From Cyanobacteria bacterium P01_D01_bin.156 (GTDB lineage: Bacteria; Cyanobacteriota; Cyanobacteriia; Phormidesmidales; Phormidesmidaceae): DNA of 48,923 bases. A program made the position numbers and the translations under genes. Below are positions 35,811 through 46,760 of this stretch, piece by piece. The stretch is taken from positions 1 to 48,923 of the forward strand of contig JBCCQQ010000049.1 in the NCBI GenBank assembly GCA_039024555.1, read 5' to 3'. Each line of letters starts with the position of its first letter. Position 1 is the first letter of the stretch. The notes under the pieces are model-generated. The model did not search any database. It was not told the origin of the DNA and saw only the letters and a list, made by a program, of their open reading frames with translations.

Positions 35811-37121
35811 CTAAACCTGGGTTTGTTGCCAGTCTAAACGGTTGAGAGTGTTGGCACGCTCCCAAGCATGCTCAAAGCTCTCTAGCTTAGGCTCAATTAA
35901 TAAAGGCTCGCCAGCAGCGCCACTAACTGCTTCCTGCGTCTTGAGACCGTTACCGGTAATGTAGACAACTGTACGCTCATCAGGATTGATTTTACCGGCT
36001 TCTACCAGCTTCTTGAGCACAGCAATCGTGGTGCCACCTGCCGTTTCAGTGAAGATACCTTCAGTCTCAGCCAACAACTTGATGCCATCAATGATTTCAG
36101 CATCGGTTACATCTTCAATGTTGCCGTTGGTCTTCTTAGCAATTTCCAGAGCGTAGATGCCGTCTGCAGGATTACCAATGGCAATGGACTTAGCGATGGT
36201 ATTGGGCTTAACGGGTGTGATAAAGTCACGACCTTCTTTGAATGCCTGGGAAATGGGAGAGCAGCCTTCTGCCTGGGCACCGCTAAAGCGAACAGGCTTT
36301 TCTGCCACTAGGCCAGTCTTAACCAGCTCATTGAAGCCTTTGTAGATCTTGCCGTAGAGAGAACCAGAGGCTAGAGGAGCAACAACATGGTCAGGGAGTT
36401 CCCAACCAAGCTGTTCAGCAACTTCAAAACCAAGGGTTTTAGATCCTTCGGAATAGTAAGGGCGCAAATTGATATTTACAAAGCCCCAGCCGTGGGTGTT
36501 GGCAACTTCAGAACAAAGACGATTTACCTGGTCATAGTTGCCGTGAACGGCCATCACGATGGGGTCATAAATTAAGGTGCCAAGGACCTTACCAGCTTCT
36601 AAATCAGAAGGAATAAAGACACAGCAATCAAGGCCAGCGTGGGCGGCAATGGCAGCAGTAGAGTTTGCCAAGTTACCCGTACTAGCACAAGACACGGTGG
36701 TGAATCCAAGCTCACGGGCGCGAGTCAATGCCACAGAGACCACCCGATCCTTGAAACTCAGGGTGGGCATATTGACGGCATCATTCTTGATGTAAAGCTC
36801 TTTTAGACCCAGGCGACGAGCTAGGCGATTAGCCTTGAGCAAGGGAGTCATGCCAGTGCCTACATCAATAGGATTTTCGCTGGCAACAGGCAAAAACGCC
36901 TTGTAGCGCCAAATCGAATTAGGGCCTGCTTCAATACTTTCGCGGCTGACTTGACGGCGAATCGCATCGTAATCGTAGGCAACTTCCAAGGGGCCAAAGC
37001 ACTCCTCACATACATGCTTAGCAGTGGCTTCGTAAGTAGTGCCACACTCTCTACATTTGAGGTGGGTAAAGGTGGAGTCTTGGAGAAGTTGAGTCTTGGG
37101 ACGATCGATTGCCTGAGTCAT
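35811..37121 (-). CDS. thrC: Threonine synthase (PLP fold type II)
   Basis: N-terminal Zn ribbon, PTLSFKDR PLP lysine, CASTGN, EGSKTL and ITGNGLKT. Confidence 0.9.
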   Translation of the reverse strand: MTQAIDRPKTQLLQDSTFTHLKCRECGTTYEATAKHVCEECFGPLEVAYDYDAIRRQVSRESIEAGPNSIWRYKAFLPVASENPIDVGTGMTPLLKANRLARRLGLKELYIKNDAVNMPTLSFKDRVVSVALTRARELGFTTVSCASTGNLANSTAAIAAHAGLDCCVFIPSDLEAGKVLGTLIYDPIVMAVHGNYDQVNRLCSEVANTHGWGFVNINLRPYYSEGSKTLGFEVAEQLGWELPDHVVAPLASGSLYGKIYKGFNELVKTGLVAEKPVRFSGAQAEGCSPISQAFKEGRDFITPVKPNTIAKSIAIGNPADGIYALEIAKKTNGNIEDVTDAEIIDGIKLLAETEGIFTETAGGTTIAVLKKLVEAGKINPDERTVVYITGNGLKTQEAVSGAAGEPLLIEPKLESFEHAWERANTLNRLDWQQTQV

Positions 37122-37156
37122 TGGTTCTTATGTGGTGTATGACAGATTAATTTGAA

Positions 37157-37184
37157 AGTATCACGGGGTACAAAACAGCGTCAA
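37157..37184 (-). promoter_or_regulatory. Candidate sigma70 promoter of thrC overlapped by an NtcA-like site
   Basis: Minus strand TTGACG (37184-37179), 16-bp spacer, GATACT (37162-37157); GTA-tcacgggg-TAC at 37158-37171. Confidence 0.45.
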
Positions 37185-37220
37185 ACATACCCGACTAATT
37201 TAGTCGGGTATGTTTGACGC
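37178..37220. promoter_or_regulatory. Perfect 43-bp palindrome containing an IscR/Rrf2-type operator
   Basis: GCGTCAAACATACCCGACTAA-t-TTAGTCGGGTATGTTTGACGC. Core ATACCCGACTAATTTAGTCGGGTAT (37187-37211) fits the IscR type-1 consensus ATASYYGACTRwwwYAGTCRRSTAT. Confidence 0.7.
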
Positions 37221-37340
37221 CTTATATATCAGTATTTTCAGCTAAAGTCCCTCATGCCGTCGTGAAAATCTATAGATATTAAGCCTATTTTTTATACCTA
37301 AATTTATTTGAAGGGATGTAAGAGGGGTGGGGCACGTTTC

Positions 37341-38999
37341 TTAGAACCCTAAATCTGCCCTAGCTGCTTCTGCGGCTTTAAAGACCTGGGCATTGGTCAT
37401 TTCATCCCAGGCAGTTTCACCAATCTCGGCATAAAAGTCAGCATCGTAGGGACGGGTACGTACGACGACAGGCATGGGAACGGCATGGCCTAGCAATAGA
37501 GCCTGCTGTTTGGAATCTAGTTTGGCCAGTACTGAACGTAGGTTTTGACCACCAGAAACGCCGGTAAAAATGGCATCAATGTCTTTCTCATCATTCAACA
37601 ATGCCGTAATGCGAGTACCAATCTGCGACATCACTTCATTGTCGATGCCCGAAGGCCGCTGATCTACTACCAGTAGGGTGACAAAATACTTACGCATTTC
37701 TCTGGCGATGGTGCCAAAGATGGTTTGCTTAGCCGTAGCAGGGTCTAAAAAACGGTGGGCTTCTTCAATGGTGATGACTAGCTGGGTGGGGCGATCGCAA
37801 ACATTCTTAGTTTGCAAAAAGCGATCGGCTTTACGCACGTAGCTGGCATGAATCCGCCGTGCGATCACATTGGTAGCCAACATATAGGAAAGCATATTGG
37901 ATTGGGAGCCAAACTCCACAACAACATGTTTCCCCGCATCCAACATTTCAAGAATTTGCTTTACATAGTTGTAGGGACAGGTATTACGAATGTATTTCAG
38001 CTCTGCCAGACGGGTGAGTTTACGCTGTAGCGCCATAATGGACGATTTGCTACCCATTTTGACTTCGCAAAATTCTTGAATCTCCTCATTGCTCATGGTG
38101 AGCAGTCGATTGATCCAGGCTTTACCAAACTCGTTGCGTAGAATAATGGCATTCTCTAAACTCGCTTCGGAGAGATTTAGCTCTCGACCAATCAGGGCCA
38201 GGTCTTCCACGTCAATTTGGTCAAAGCTAATGTAGAGCTCTTGGGCGTCCCGCACCCCCCTACGTTTTGTTGCTTCGGGGTCAAGAGTAAAAATTTGTAC
38301 CTGTCCTGGAAATAGCTGTCGTAATCCTTTAACCGTGCTGAAGTTAGCCCCTTCACTGACCGCTTCCCAGCCATACTCTGAGTGCATGTCAAAAATGAGA
38401 TTGACAGCAGCTTTTTGTTTAATAATCCCAGAAAGCAACAGTCGGGTGAGAAAAGACTTACCGGTACCAGACTTTCCAAAAATACCGTTACTACGTTCTA
38501 CAAAGCGATTGAGGTCAATACATATGGGCACATCCATATCAATGGGCTGGCCAATGGCAAAATTTCGCCGGTGGGGATCGTCCTCCCATCCAAAGACTGA
38601 GCGAAAGTCTCGCTCGCTGGCATCGTATGCCTGACTAAAGTGACCGGGAATTGTTTTTACAGGCAACAGCTGCATCTGAGCAACGTCGCTCTCCTGGCTA
38701 CTGTCGGGGGTAAACATCAGCATGGGAGCCAAGTCTACGGTCCCGTAGGTGCCTCCACCGGCTAGCACTTCCTGGAGGAACAACTCTGTAGGCTGGGGGG
38801 GGTTTGCTAAAATCCGCTGGCTGGCAGTACCGAGAGTGACATCGGTGAGCATGCAAAAGAATCGCGATCGCACCCCCTGAACAACTAAAAATTTACCAAC
38901 CCGCATGTCTTCTACACTGACATCAGCATGGAGACGCACTTCCAATCCTTTACTCAAAGAGCCTTGAATAACAGAACCTAGGGGAATGTCACTGTTCAT
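37341..38999 (-). CDS. HerA/FtsK-like ATPase (DUF87) with N-terminal HAS barrel
   Basis: GKSGTGKS, IFDMHSEY, IEEAHRF, IAREMRKY and DQRPS. Confidence 0.9.
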   Translation of the reverse strand: MNSDIPLGSVIQGSLSKGLEVRLHADVSVEDMRVGKFLVVQGVRSRFFCMLTDVTLGTASQRILANPPQPTELFLQEVLAGGGTYGTVDLAPMLMFTPDSSQESDVAQMQLLPVKTIPGHFSQAYDASERDFRSVFGWEDDPHRRNFAIGQPIDMDVPICIDLNRFVERSNGIFGKSGTGKSFLTRLLLSGIIKQKAAVNLIFDMHSEYGWEAVSEGANFSTVKGLRQLFPGQVQIFTLDPEATKRRGVRDAQELYISFDQIDVEDLALIGRELNLSEASLENAIILRNEFGKAWINRLLTMSNEEIQEFCEVKMGSKSSIMALQRKLTRLAELKYIRNTCPYNYVKQILEMLDAGKHVVVEFGSQSNMLSYMLATNVIARRIHASYVRKADRFLQTKNVCDRPTQLVITIEEAHRFLDPATAKQTIFGTIAREMRKYFVTLLVVDQRPSGIDNEVMSQIGTRITALLNDEKDIDAIFTGVSGGQNLRSVLAKLDSKQQALLLGHAVPMPVVVRTRPYDADFYAEIGETAWDEMTNAQVFKAAEAARADLGF

Positions 39000-39159
39000 A
39001 ACACAGGATAGAGTTTAGGAATTAATGCGCCATTCTCGTGGATGACGTCACCGCCCATCCTAGCTTGAAAATCCCATATCAATACATCTGTTCTAAAAAA
39101 TATTGTCTTTACCGTGCCTCAGAATTTCGAACAAACAGCTTTTGAGTAGGCCTTTAAAG

Positions 39160-39190
39160 AAAAATCAGGGCAGCCAACTGGCTGCCCTGA
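39160..39190 (-). terminator. Rho-independent terminator
   Basis: TCAGGGCAGCCA-ac-TGGCTGCCCTGA 12-bp stem followed by a T-run on the minus strand, downstream of the gene at 39240-39773. Confidence 0.8.
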
Positions 39191-39239
39191 AACAAAATAT
39201 TTAGGTTAAGTAGATTCTAGAAACCCAACTTTTGAAGGC

Positions 39240-39773
39240 CTATCTACCAAAGTTCCAACCCACACCAGCTTGAATCGCCGTAGCGGTGCCACCACCATCA
39301 TCGAAGGCGTCAAAGGCAAAGATTGCATTACCAAAAACAACTAAGTTGCTGCGGGGAACTGCAAAATCAATCCCTGGCTGAATAACAAATGCCGTTTGGT
39401 CACCAACGGGAGAGGCATCGTTACCTGTGGGCAAAGAGACACCAGCACCAATGTAAACATCCGTCTGGAAGCTGAGGGGAATGTCGTAGGAGACAGTGGG
39501 CACCAGGGCTACATCACCATTAAACAAGAATGCCTGGCCCCGAAGAGAAATAGGCACGGCAAATAGCTTGTAGCGACCAGATACAACCAACCCTAACCCA
39601 TCGCCATCGCCATTGTCGTCGTCACTCAATCCCAAACTGCCACCAGCACCGATATAGCTACCATAGGCCGCCTGAGCCTCGGCTGGTTTTGTATCTACCA
39701 CAGCCATCAGAGTTGCCGCTGCCATAGCAGCCACCCCCCAGCGCCCTAGCGTAGTTCTAAGCAGACTAATCAT
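39240..39773 (-). CDS. Small outer-membrane beta-barrel protein
   Basis: Signal peptide ending AEA, amphipathic strands, YIGAG motifs and C-terminal GVGWNF. Confidence 0.75.
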   Translation of the reverse strand: MISLLRTTLGRWGVAAMAAATLMAVVDTKPAEAQAAYGSYIGAGGSLGLSDDDNGDGDGLGLVVSGRYKLFAVPISLRGQAFLFNGDVALVPTVSYDIPLSFQTDVYIGAGVSLPTGNDASPVGDQTAFVIQPGIDFAVPRSNLVVFGNAIFAFDAFDDGGGTATAIQAGVGWNFGR

Positions 39774-39988
39774 CGTTACTGATACTCCTTTAGGGTCTTC
39801 CCCAACCAACTCTTCCTTGAGACTGCGCTTGAATCACTCAAAGCAATACCTGACACCGCCTTCAGTCGGGCGGCACCTATATAAAAATATGAAGGCGCCA
39901 CAAAGTTAGCGCGTTGTTGAAAAAATGTCAAACTTAACCCGTATTCCTCATGCTGCGGCAACTCCATCGCTGGTTAATCAGGCTCATG

Positions 39989-42900
39989 CTAGCCAGTATT
40001 TCGCATGCCGGCGGCAATACCGTTGATGGTTAACAGAGCCCCTCGTAGCAGCTCACCACGACTGTAGCGAGACTGAATGACTCCAGTGGCTAAGGCTGCT
40101 GTATCCCGATGCTGTCGCAGGCGCTTGAGTAACGACACTTGTAAAAAGCCTAGAGGAACAATGGTGCCATTTCGCAGCTGAACCGAACGTTGCAGCGTTG
40201 GATCACCATCTAATAAAGCTTGGTTACCTGTTACCCTGAGCACCATTTGGCTTGTCAGGTGAAACTCATCTGCAATCTGGTCAAAAACAGCCTGAAAGCT
40301 CTCCCGTCTTTCCTCTAAGCCCAATTCATCAACATAGTGTTGAGCAATTTGTAAATCTACCTTGGCCAAGGTCATTTCTACTTTGGACATGGCCATCTTG
40401 AAAAATGGCCACTTCATGTAAAACGAACGCAAGAGCTTTAGATTTTCTTCGGGCTCTTCGTCTATAAACTCTTTAAGTGCTGTGCCCACCCCATACCAAG
40501 ATGGTAGTAAAAATCGAGCTTGGGTCCAGCTAAATACCCAGGGAATAGCCCTTAGACTGGGTAAGTCTTTCTTGCCCCCTCGACGCGAAGGCCGAGAGCT
40601 AATCTGCAGCTGACTAATTTCCTGAATAGGGGTGATGTGGTGGAAAAATTCTACCAGTTCAGGATCTTCGTAAATCAATGAGCGATAGTGTTTTCTGGAG
40701 CGAATTGCTAACTGCTCCATGATCTCCTGCCACGGAGCAATTTCATCAAAGCTATTGCTCAACAAACTAGCTTGAACCACTGCAGTGGTTACTGTTTCCA
40801 GATTGTACAGAGCGAGATCCTTAAGGTTGTACTTAGAGGCCAACACCTCTCCCTGTTCAGTGATTTTGATCCGGCCATCAATGCTGCGACCAGGCTGAGC
40901 CAAGATTGCCTCATAGGCTGGGCCACCGCCGCGACCAACAGATCCTCCACGTCCATGGAAAATACGCAGAGCAACACCATATTTAGCGGTGATTCGCTGG
41001 AGGGAATGCTGGGCTTTGTGAATTTCCCAGTTGCTGCTAAGGAATCCGGAATCTTTGTTGCTATCGGAATAGCCCAGCATTACTTCTTGCAGGGCCGCTG
41101 GAGAGTCGTTGCCATGGCCCCCCTTCAGCATCGACAAATACAGAGGTAGCTCGAACAACTCCTCCATCACCGCTGTAGATCGTCGAAGGTCTTCGACGGT
41201 TTCAAACAGAGGCACAATGTGCAAACTGCCCACGCCCGTAACAGGGTCGTATAGCCCGGCTTCTTTTGCCAACAGAAGGACCTCTAGAATGTCGCTAGCA
41301 TGATCGCTCATACTAATGACATAGCTGCGGCAAATGTCTTGACCAAATTCCATATGGAGCTTGCGTACCATGTGGAATGTGGCAACGGTCTCTCGGGCTT
41401 TGTCAGAAATAGGTAGCTCCGTTGGGATCAGCGGGCGTCGAGTGCTGAGTTCTCGGGTGAGCCAATCTACTTTTTCAGGTTCCGAGAGATCGTTATATAG
41501 CGTCGGTAGCTGCAGATATTCGGTAATCTCGTTGATGGTGTCGGAATGACGGGTACTTTCCTGACGAATATCTAGCTGGGCTAGGCTAAAACCATAAATT
41601 TCCACCTGGCTCAGCAGCATATCTAGTTCACGACAGACTAGACCGGTCTCCTTTAAACTATCTCGAATCAAGGAGAGTTCCTTGAGGAAGGCTTCTCCAG
41701 ATTCGTACAGGGTACCGGCGGGGGCTGCATTGTCTTCCTCCTGCATGTAGTCCCCGTTGTAGAGTTTTTGGCTGCGCTCGTAGGTATTAACAAGACGCTT
41801 CTCCACGTAGGCTAGTTTGAGCCGATAGGGTTCTTGACGATAGCGAATAGCAAATTTTTCATAGATATCGGGCATCTGTAGCCGATCCTGTTCTAAGGAT
41901 TCCAGCAGTTCTGCCAACACTTCACTCCAGTGCAGAGAAGGGCTGAGCAAGCCCGAAAGTTTATCGACTGAGTCAATGTATTTTTCGAGTACTAAGTTGC
42001 GCTGATAAGACGCTGTCTTCCAGGTGATTTGGGGAGTAACCGATGGATTCCCATCGCGATCGCTACCCACCCATGAGCCAAAACGACAAAATCGATGCTG
42101 GGGTGGATTGATGTGGGGGAAGGTTTTGGTCAGGGCTCGATTAAACCGTCGATAGAGCTCAGGGATAGCTTCAAACAACACTACATCGAAGTAATGAAGC
42201 GTAAAGTCAACCTCATCAAGGACCGATGGTTTGAACTGATGCAGCTCATCGGTGCGCCACCACAGGCGGATTTCTTCTGTAAGCTGTTCCAGGAGCTGAG
42301 TGATTTCCCAAGACGTTTCCTGTTCACGTAGCCGAGCCTGTTCTTCAGCTAAGTCTAACTGACGAAAAATACTAGAAATACGCCGCTGTTTATCGCGAAT
42401 CGTATGGCGGACAATTTCGGTGGGGTGGGCTGTGAACACTAGCCGCACATCTAAATGATTGATCAGCTCTTGAATATGTCTGGGGGGAACATTGAGCTGT
42501 TTTAGCAGTGGGAATAGCCAATGAAACGTGCCTGTTCCCCGCTGTTTTTGGGCAACGTTGCCAATATCGGTATTCACCAAATCACTGAGGAAGATATCTC
42601 GACCTGCATCGGATGCTTTAGCTTTAGAGCTATGCTTTTGCAGCGTGTCATCTAACCCAGCTGCAACGGCTTCGTAGTGCTTTCGCTGTTCTTGCTGTTC
42701 GTAATGTTGTTCAACAATATTAATCAGCTGAAAATACAGAGCAAACGCTCTAGCCATGCGGATAGCATCTTCCAAACTCAGTTGCTCAATTAGCTGTAGG
42801 GCATTGGCATTATCCAAAGCCTTGTCAGCCTGACCGTCTGGAGCACACATGCGGCGAATGTTATTGAGCAGGCCCACTAGTTCAGAGCCACATTCGGTTT

Positions 42901-43033
42901 CTAAAACTGCTTCCCAAATATGTTCAACTGTGGTTAAACGGTGCCTGAGAAACACCTCAGATGCCTCCGGGACCGAAAGGGTCTCGGAGTTTGCTAGGAC
43001 CGTATCATCTTGGTAGGAAGCAGTTGGGCTCAT
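39989..43033 (-). CDS. ppc: Phosphoenolpyruvate carboxylase
   Basis: [49 protein letters not shown] and C-terminal MRNTG. Confidence 0.99.
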   Translation of the reverse strand: MSPTASYQDDTVLANSETLSVPEASEVFLRHRLTTVEHIWEAVLETECGSELVGLLNNIRRMCAPDGQADKALDNANALQLIEQLSLEDAIRMARAFALYFQLINIVEQHYEQQEQRKHYEAVAAGLDDTLQKHSSKAKASDAGRDIFLSDLVNTDIGNVAQKQRGTGTFHWLFPLLKQLNVPPRHIQELINHLDVRLVFTAHPTEIVRHTIRDKQRRISSIFRQLDLAEEQARLREQETSWEITQLLEQLTEEIRLWWRTDELHQFKPSVLDEVDFTLHYFDVVLFEAIPELYRRFNRALTKTFPHINPPQHRFCRFGSWVGSDRDGNPSVTPQITWKTASYQRNLVLEKYIDSVDKLSGLLSPSLHWSEVLAELLESLEQDRLQMPDIYEKFAIRYRQEPYRLKLAYVEKRLVNTYERSQKLYNGDYMQEEDNAAPAGTLYESGEAFLKELSLIRDSLKETGLVCRELDMLLSQVEIYGFSLAQLDIRQESTRHSDTINEITEYLQLPTLYNDLSEPEKVDWLTRELSTRRPLIPTELPISDKARETVATFHMVRKLHMEFGQDICRSYVISMSDHASDILEVLLLAKEAGLYDPVTGVGSLHIVPLFETVEDLRRSTAVMEELFELPLYLSMLKGGHGNDSPAALQEVMLGYSDSNKDSGFLSSNWEIHKAQHSLQRITAKYGVALRIFHGRGGSVGRGGGPAYEAILAQPGRSIDGRIKITEQGEVLASKYNLKDLALYNLETVTTAVVQASLLSNSFDEIAPWQEIMEQLAIRSRKHYRSLIYEDPELVEFFHHITPIQEISQLQISSRPSRRGGKKDLPSLRAIPWVFSWTQARFLLPSWYGVGTALKEFIDEEPEENLKLLRSFYMKWPFFKMAMSKVEMTLAKVDLQIAQHYVDELGLEERRESFQAVFDQIADEFHLTSQMVLRVTGNQALLDGDPTLQRSVQLRNGTIVPLGFLQVSLLKRLRQHRDTAALATGVIQSRYSRGELLRGALLTINGIAAGMRNTG

Positions 43034-43195
43034 TCAACGTCAGAAATAACGACGAAAATACGGAGATTACCTAGAACCAGCATCTCCGAGAAAATTGTAG
43101 AGGCTTTCGGACGCCCCACGGCATTTTCTAATCAGTTGATCAGCGGAAATGTTTATAAAGGTTGTCTACAGAAATCTTTACAACGATGCTTGTAG

Positions 43196-43408
43196 CTAAG
43201 GATCAATGACCGGTAGCTGAATCCCTCGAAATATCTCTTCGCTCGCTAAACCAAACTGAGTTAACCAATAGGTAACTGTACGGCCTGTAATCAAAATGCC
43301 TAGGCACGGTAATGTGGCTAGGGCCAACCAAACCTGAGGGTTGTACATCAATGTTTTGGGCAAGCTGTTGACCGTTTTTGATGTTTTTTGTTCACGAAAA
43401 GGTTGCAT
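43196..43408 (-). CDS. Small conserved cyanobacterial membrane protein
   Basis: LALATLP.L...GLASEEIFRG.QLP; start chosen at ATG 43408. Confidence 0.6.
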   Translation of the reverse strand: MQPFREQKTSKTVNSLPKTLMYNPQVWLALATLPCLGILITGRTVTYWLTQFGLASEEIFRGIQLPVIDP

Positions 43409-43668
43409 AAGTAGAATGCTCGTAGTAAACGTATAGCAGCTTGACGAGGTTGCTGGCAGTGGCACCCTCAAACGCGTTAGCGTATTTCCGAGGTTAATCT
43501 TAGCTCCAACCTAGCAGCTACCGTTGGTTCTGGGGGCTATTCCTCAATGAACGTTAGTATTACAGCTTGATCATAGGGGACTTCACCTTGACCAAACCCT
43601 ATGGAAGAGACTACATTTTTGCGGTCGAAGTTTTTTGGTTGTCTAAATGTTATGAGATCTAAAGGTCT

Positions 43669-46600
43669 ATGCTCAGCTATGTAAGCTCTGAACAGCAATC
43701 GACATTAGACCCAACCACTTTATTGCCCTGGCTTGAGGAGGTGGTTAATCATGATGCCTGCAGCTTAAAGCTCAAGCTTAGGGGAAATATTCTGCATGCC
43801 CATGCCAAAACTGCCGAGGGGCTAGAGCGTGAATATGTTTTGCTGCGACTGGTGCGATCGCTCCTAGAACCAGAGCGTAAAGCCACGCTTCTAAAAGATT
43901 TTCCACAAATTTATCAGCTTTACTTTTATAGTGTCCGACCCAATCAATCCAAGCCTGACTGGTCCTCTCCTATTTATTTGAATCGCTTAGAGCGTCATCT
44001 CGAGCAGCTGGTGGAGACCAGTGCCGACCTTGATGAAGTAAAGCGGTCCACGGCTCATTTGACCTCGGCCATTGGCTATTTGGATGATGCCACCTCGGCC
44101 ATTGTCCTTTCTAATGCTAGTTTGGCCCGCAAAGGGGACCCAGATGCGATCGCTCGCTATCTAAGTCAAACCCTCAGTGCGTTGGATGTAGGCGTTGATG
44201 TGGTGGTCAATGCGATTCCCGGTAAGGCAAAACGGGCTCAAGGGGTGGTCATGGCCACCACTGTTGACCCCAGTCGTGAGCTGATCAATCGTCTTTGGAT
44301 TTTATGTCGAGCGGCCTATAGCCCTGACCCCGCTATGGTGGCCAATCCAACAGCCCAGAGGTTGCGGGAGCTAAAGCTCACCCAGTTTCAGGATGCGGTC
44401 ATTTCAGTGCAGGTGCTGGGGGAAGATATCCCAGACTGGCGGCTGCGGGTAGACCTTACCCCGGATGAGGAAATTCTTAGGGAATGGAGTCGTTGGGGAG
44501 ACCCGGAATCCATTGATCGATTGCTCAACCAGGCTTTGCATCCCCTAGATGTTTCTGTCCAGACAGAGGTCAAAAATGACACGCTACATTTAGTCTGTCA
44601 GCCCCTAGCGGCAGGCAAGACCGTGTCTTCTGGTAGCGGCGATGACGCTGAGCCGGAAACCGCCCCCGAAACGGACATTATTGATGCCTTAGAACCTCTA
44701 TTAGAGCAGTTGGCACCCCAAGGTCTGAGTCGAGCCATGGTGTACGGCCCCAGCTTAGATGGAATCAACCCGGTCTGGTTAAGGTGTCTGGAACTGCCTG
44801 CTAGCGAACATGCGGATTTAGCTACGTCTACCGATAAGCTGGCGCGCCAAGGCGATTTACCGGCCATCGCCTACTGCATGACCAAGCGTCTTAATCCCGA
44901 TCTTGATGAGCAGCTGTCTACTGGAGGAATTCGAGTACAGCTGCTCATGCGGGATCAGCGGCTGCATGTGATGATCGACGCCCCGGTGTGCCCACCGCGT
45001 CGTCAGGTAGTGCCTCAGCTACAACAGTATTTGCAACAGCAGCCCATTGAGGGGCTGTCAGGTGTTCGTATCTATGGTCGCCAGTCGGGGCAAAAACGCC
45101 CCGACTGGCACTACGGCTATGATCGGCACCCCAAAAAACGTCTGGTCCCCGAGGCAACACCGGAATTTGCTGCGTCCGAAGCCTATCTAGAAGATTTGGT
45201 GCAACCAGCTGAGGCTGAGGATAGCTGGAATAGGCCGACACTGGAACGAATTCGAGAACAGGTGCAGCAGTTGCTGATTAAAACCCAGCTGTTTACGTCT
45301 GCGAATACCAATCCTGAAGAATCTTTGACGGCAGGTCGTTTACCCAATCGAACAGGCATTGCTTTAGCTTGGGGGGCTTTAGGTCTGTTACTGACATTCC
45401 AGGCCGATTGGATTATGGGTCAGCTCTTTAAGACACGGTTTCTGGCGCTGTCAGCACCTACGCCTGCTCCCATATCGCTTCCTCCGGTTCAGCAGCGTCC
45501 CTCCACATTTGAAGAAGAGCTAGCTAAGTTGAACTGGGGCCAGAAAGATGGAGATGAAACGGTCTTAATTGAAGAGGAGATCAGTGGAGCTGGATTTGCG
45601 AGTTCGGCCATTAGCGATAGTGATTTGTTAGCCAGCCCTCCTCAGCAAACAGTCTCCATGACTGAGGTGTTAGCGGCATCACCATTTCCATCCTTTAAGA
45701 GTAAACAGCTTACCGAAAAGCTAGCTCTCTATGATTGGTATGTCGCTGAGAATGGTCCTCCTGATGTGTTGGTGTTTGGCAGTTCTCGGGCGCTGCGGGG
45801 GGTGGACCCTACGGCATTGAAGCAGGCCCTCATCCCTCTGGGGTATGAGGATGTCAGTGTTTTTAATTTTGGTGTAAATGGGGCTACAGCTCAGATTGCT
45901 GATTTGGTGGTGCGGCAGCTGCTGGCAACCTATCCATCTCCCAAAATGATTTTGTGGACTGACGGGGCACGGGCCTTTAATAGTTCTCGGGTGGATGTGA
46001 CATTTAATGCGATCGCAACCTCAGAGGGCTATCAACAGCTGATTGCTGGTGAACTTTTTGATAACGATAGGCAGGATTCCGGTGCCGGATTAAACCCTGC
46101 GCAGCGGTTTAACCGCTACTATGCCCAGCTGGATGAACGCCTGAGTGAGTCCCTGGGGAATATTTCCTCTGCCCAGGACGAGCGTAGTCGTTTAGAAAAA
46201 GCAACCCAGACCAAAGCCGTTAATAACCCAGCAGGGGGGGCCATTAACCCCACTGAGACGGATTTAATTGATGCAGAAGGGTTTTTACCCCTAGCGGTTC
46301 AATTTAATCCGGCCACCTATTATTTGGATCATCCCCGGGTCGCCGGAGCCTACGACGGCGACTACAAAGCGTTTGAAATGCAGGGCTCCCAGGAAAATGC
46401 GCTACGGCAAATGCTGACCTACACCCAGAGCCATGGAATCGACGTTGTTTTTGTCAATACCCCCCTCACCGATGAGTATTTAGATCCCGCTCGGTTGGAG
46501 GTAGAAAGCTATTTTCAGCGTTACATGCTGCAGCTAGCGGCCCAGGAACCGGGTTTGCTATATCGCGATTTAGTAAAGCTTTGGCCCAATCGCTACGGCT

Positions 46601-46713
46601 ACTTTTCCGATCCTAGCCATCTCAATCGCTTTGGAGCCTATCAACTGTCCCTACGCCTTGCCCAGGATCCAATGATTCCTTGGCAGAATCTAAGGTCTGA
46701 AAAAATCGATTAA
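43669..46713 (+). CDS. Large membrane-anchored protein with C-terminal SGNH-like (DUF1574/DltD-like) domain
   Basis: One TM after an N-terminal repeat region; FGSSRA, FGVNG, VFVNTP and FSDPSHLN (D-x-x-H). Confidence 0.8.
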   Translation: MLSYVSSEQQSTLDPTTLLPWLEEVVNHDACSLKLKLRGNILHAHAKTAEGLEREYVLLRLVRSLLEPERKATLLKDFPQIYQLYFYSVRPNQSKPDWSSPIYLNRLERHLEQLVETSADLDEVKRSTAHLTSAIGYLDDATSAIVLSNASLARKGDPDAIARYLSQTLSALDVGVDVVVNAIPGKAKRAQGVVMATTVDPSRELINRLWILCRAAYSPDPAMVANPTAQRLRELKLTQFQDAVISVQVLGEDIPDWRLRVDLTPDEEILREWSRWGDPESIDRLLNQALHPLDVSVQTEVKNDTLHLVCQPLAAGKTVSSGSGDDAEPETAPETDIIDALEPLLEQLAPQGLSRAMVYGPSLDGINPVWLRCLELPASEHADLATSTDKLARQGDLPAIAYCMTKRLNPDLDEQLSTGGIRVQLLMRDQRLHVMIDAPVCPPRRQVVPQLQQYLQQQPIEGLSGVRIYGRQSGQKRPDWHYGYDRHPKKRLVPEATPEFAASEAYLEDLVQPAEAEDSWNRPTLERIREQVQQLLIKTQLFTSANTNPEESLTAGRLPNRTGIALAWGALGLLLTFQADWIMGQLFKTRFLALSAPTPAPISLPPVQQRPSTFEEELAKLNWGQKDGDETVLIEEEISGAGFASSAISDSDLLASPPQQTVSMTEVLAASPFPSFKSKQLTEKLALYDWYVAENGPPDVLVFGSSRALRGVDPTALKQALIPLGYEDVSVFNFGVNGATAQIADLVVRQLLATYPSPKMILWTDGARAFNSSRVDVTFNAIATSEGYQQLIAGELFDNDRQDSGAGLNPAQRFNRYYAQLDERLSESLGNISSAQDERSRLEKATQTKAVNNPAGGAINPTETDLIDAEGFLPLAVQFNPATYYLDHPRVAGAYDGDYKAFEMQGSQENALRQMLTYTQSHGIDVVFVNTPLTDEYLDPARLEVESYFQRYMLQLAAQEPGLLYRDLVKLWPNRYGYFSDPSHLNRFGAYQLSLRLAQDPMIPWQNLRSEKID

Positions 46714-46760
46714 AGCTCGGTCAGACCTGCATCGCCCCACCCAGACGCCCTCGCTCTCCC

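Noticed and set aside
37341..38999. HerA ATPase as part of a defence system (Sir2-HerA, Nezha)
   Set aside because: No adjacent Sir2 or nuclease effector; it sits among housekeeping genes with native composition.
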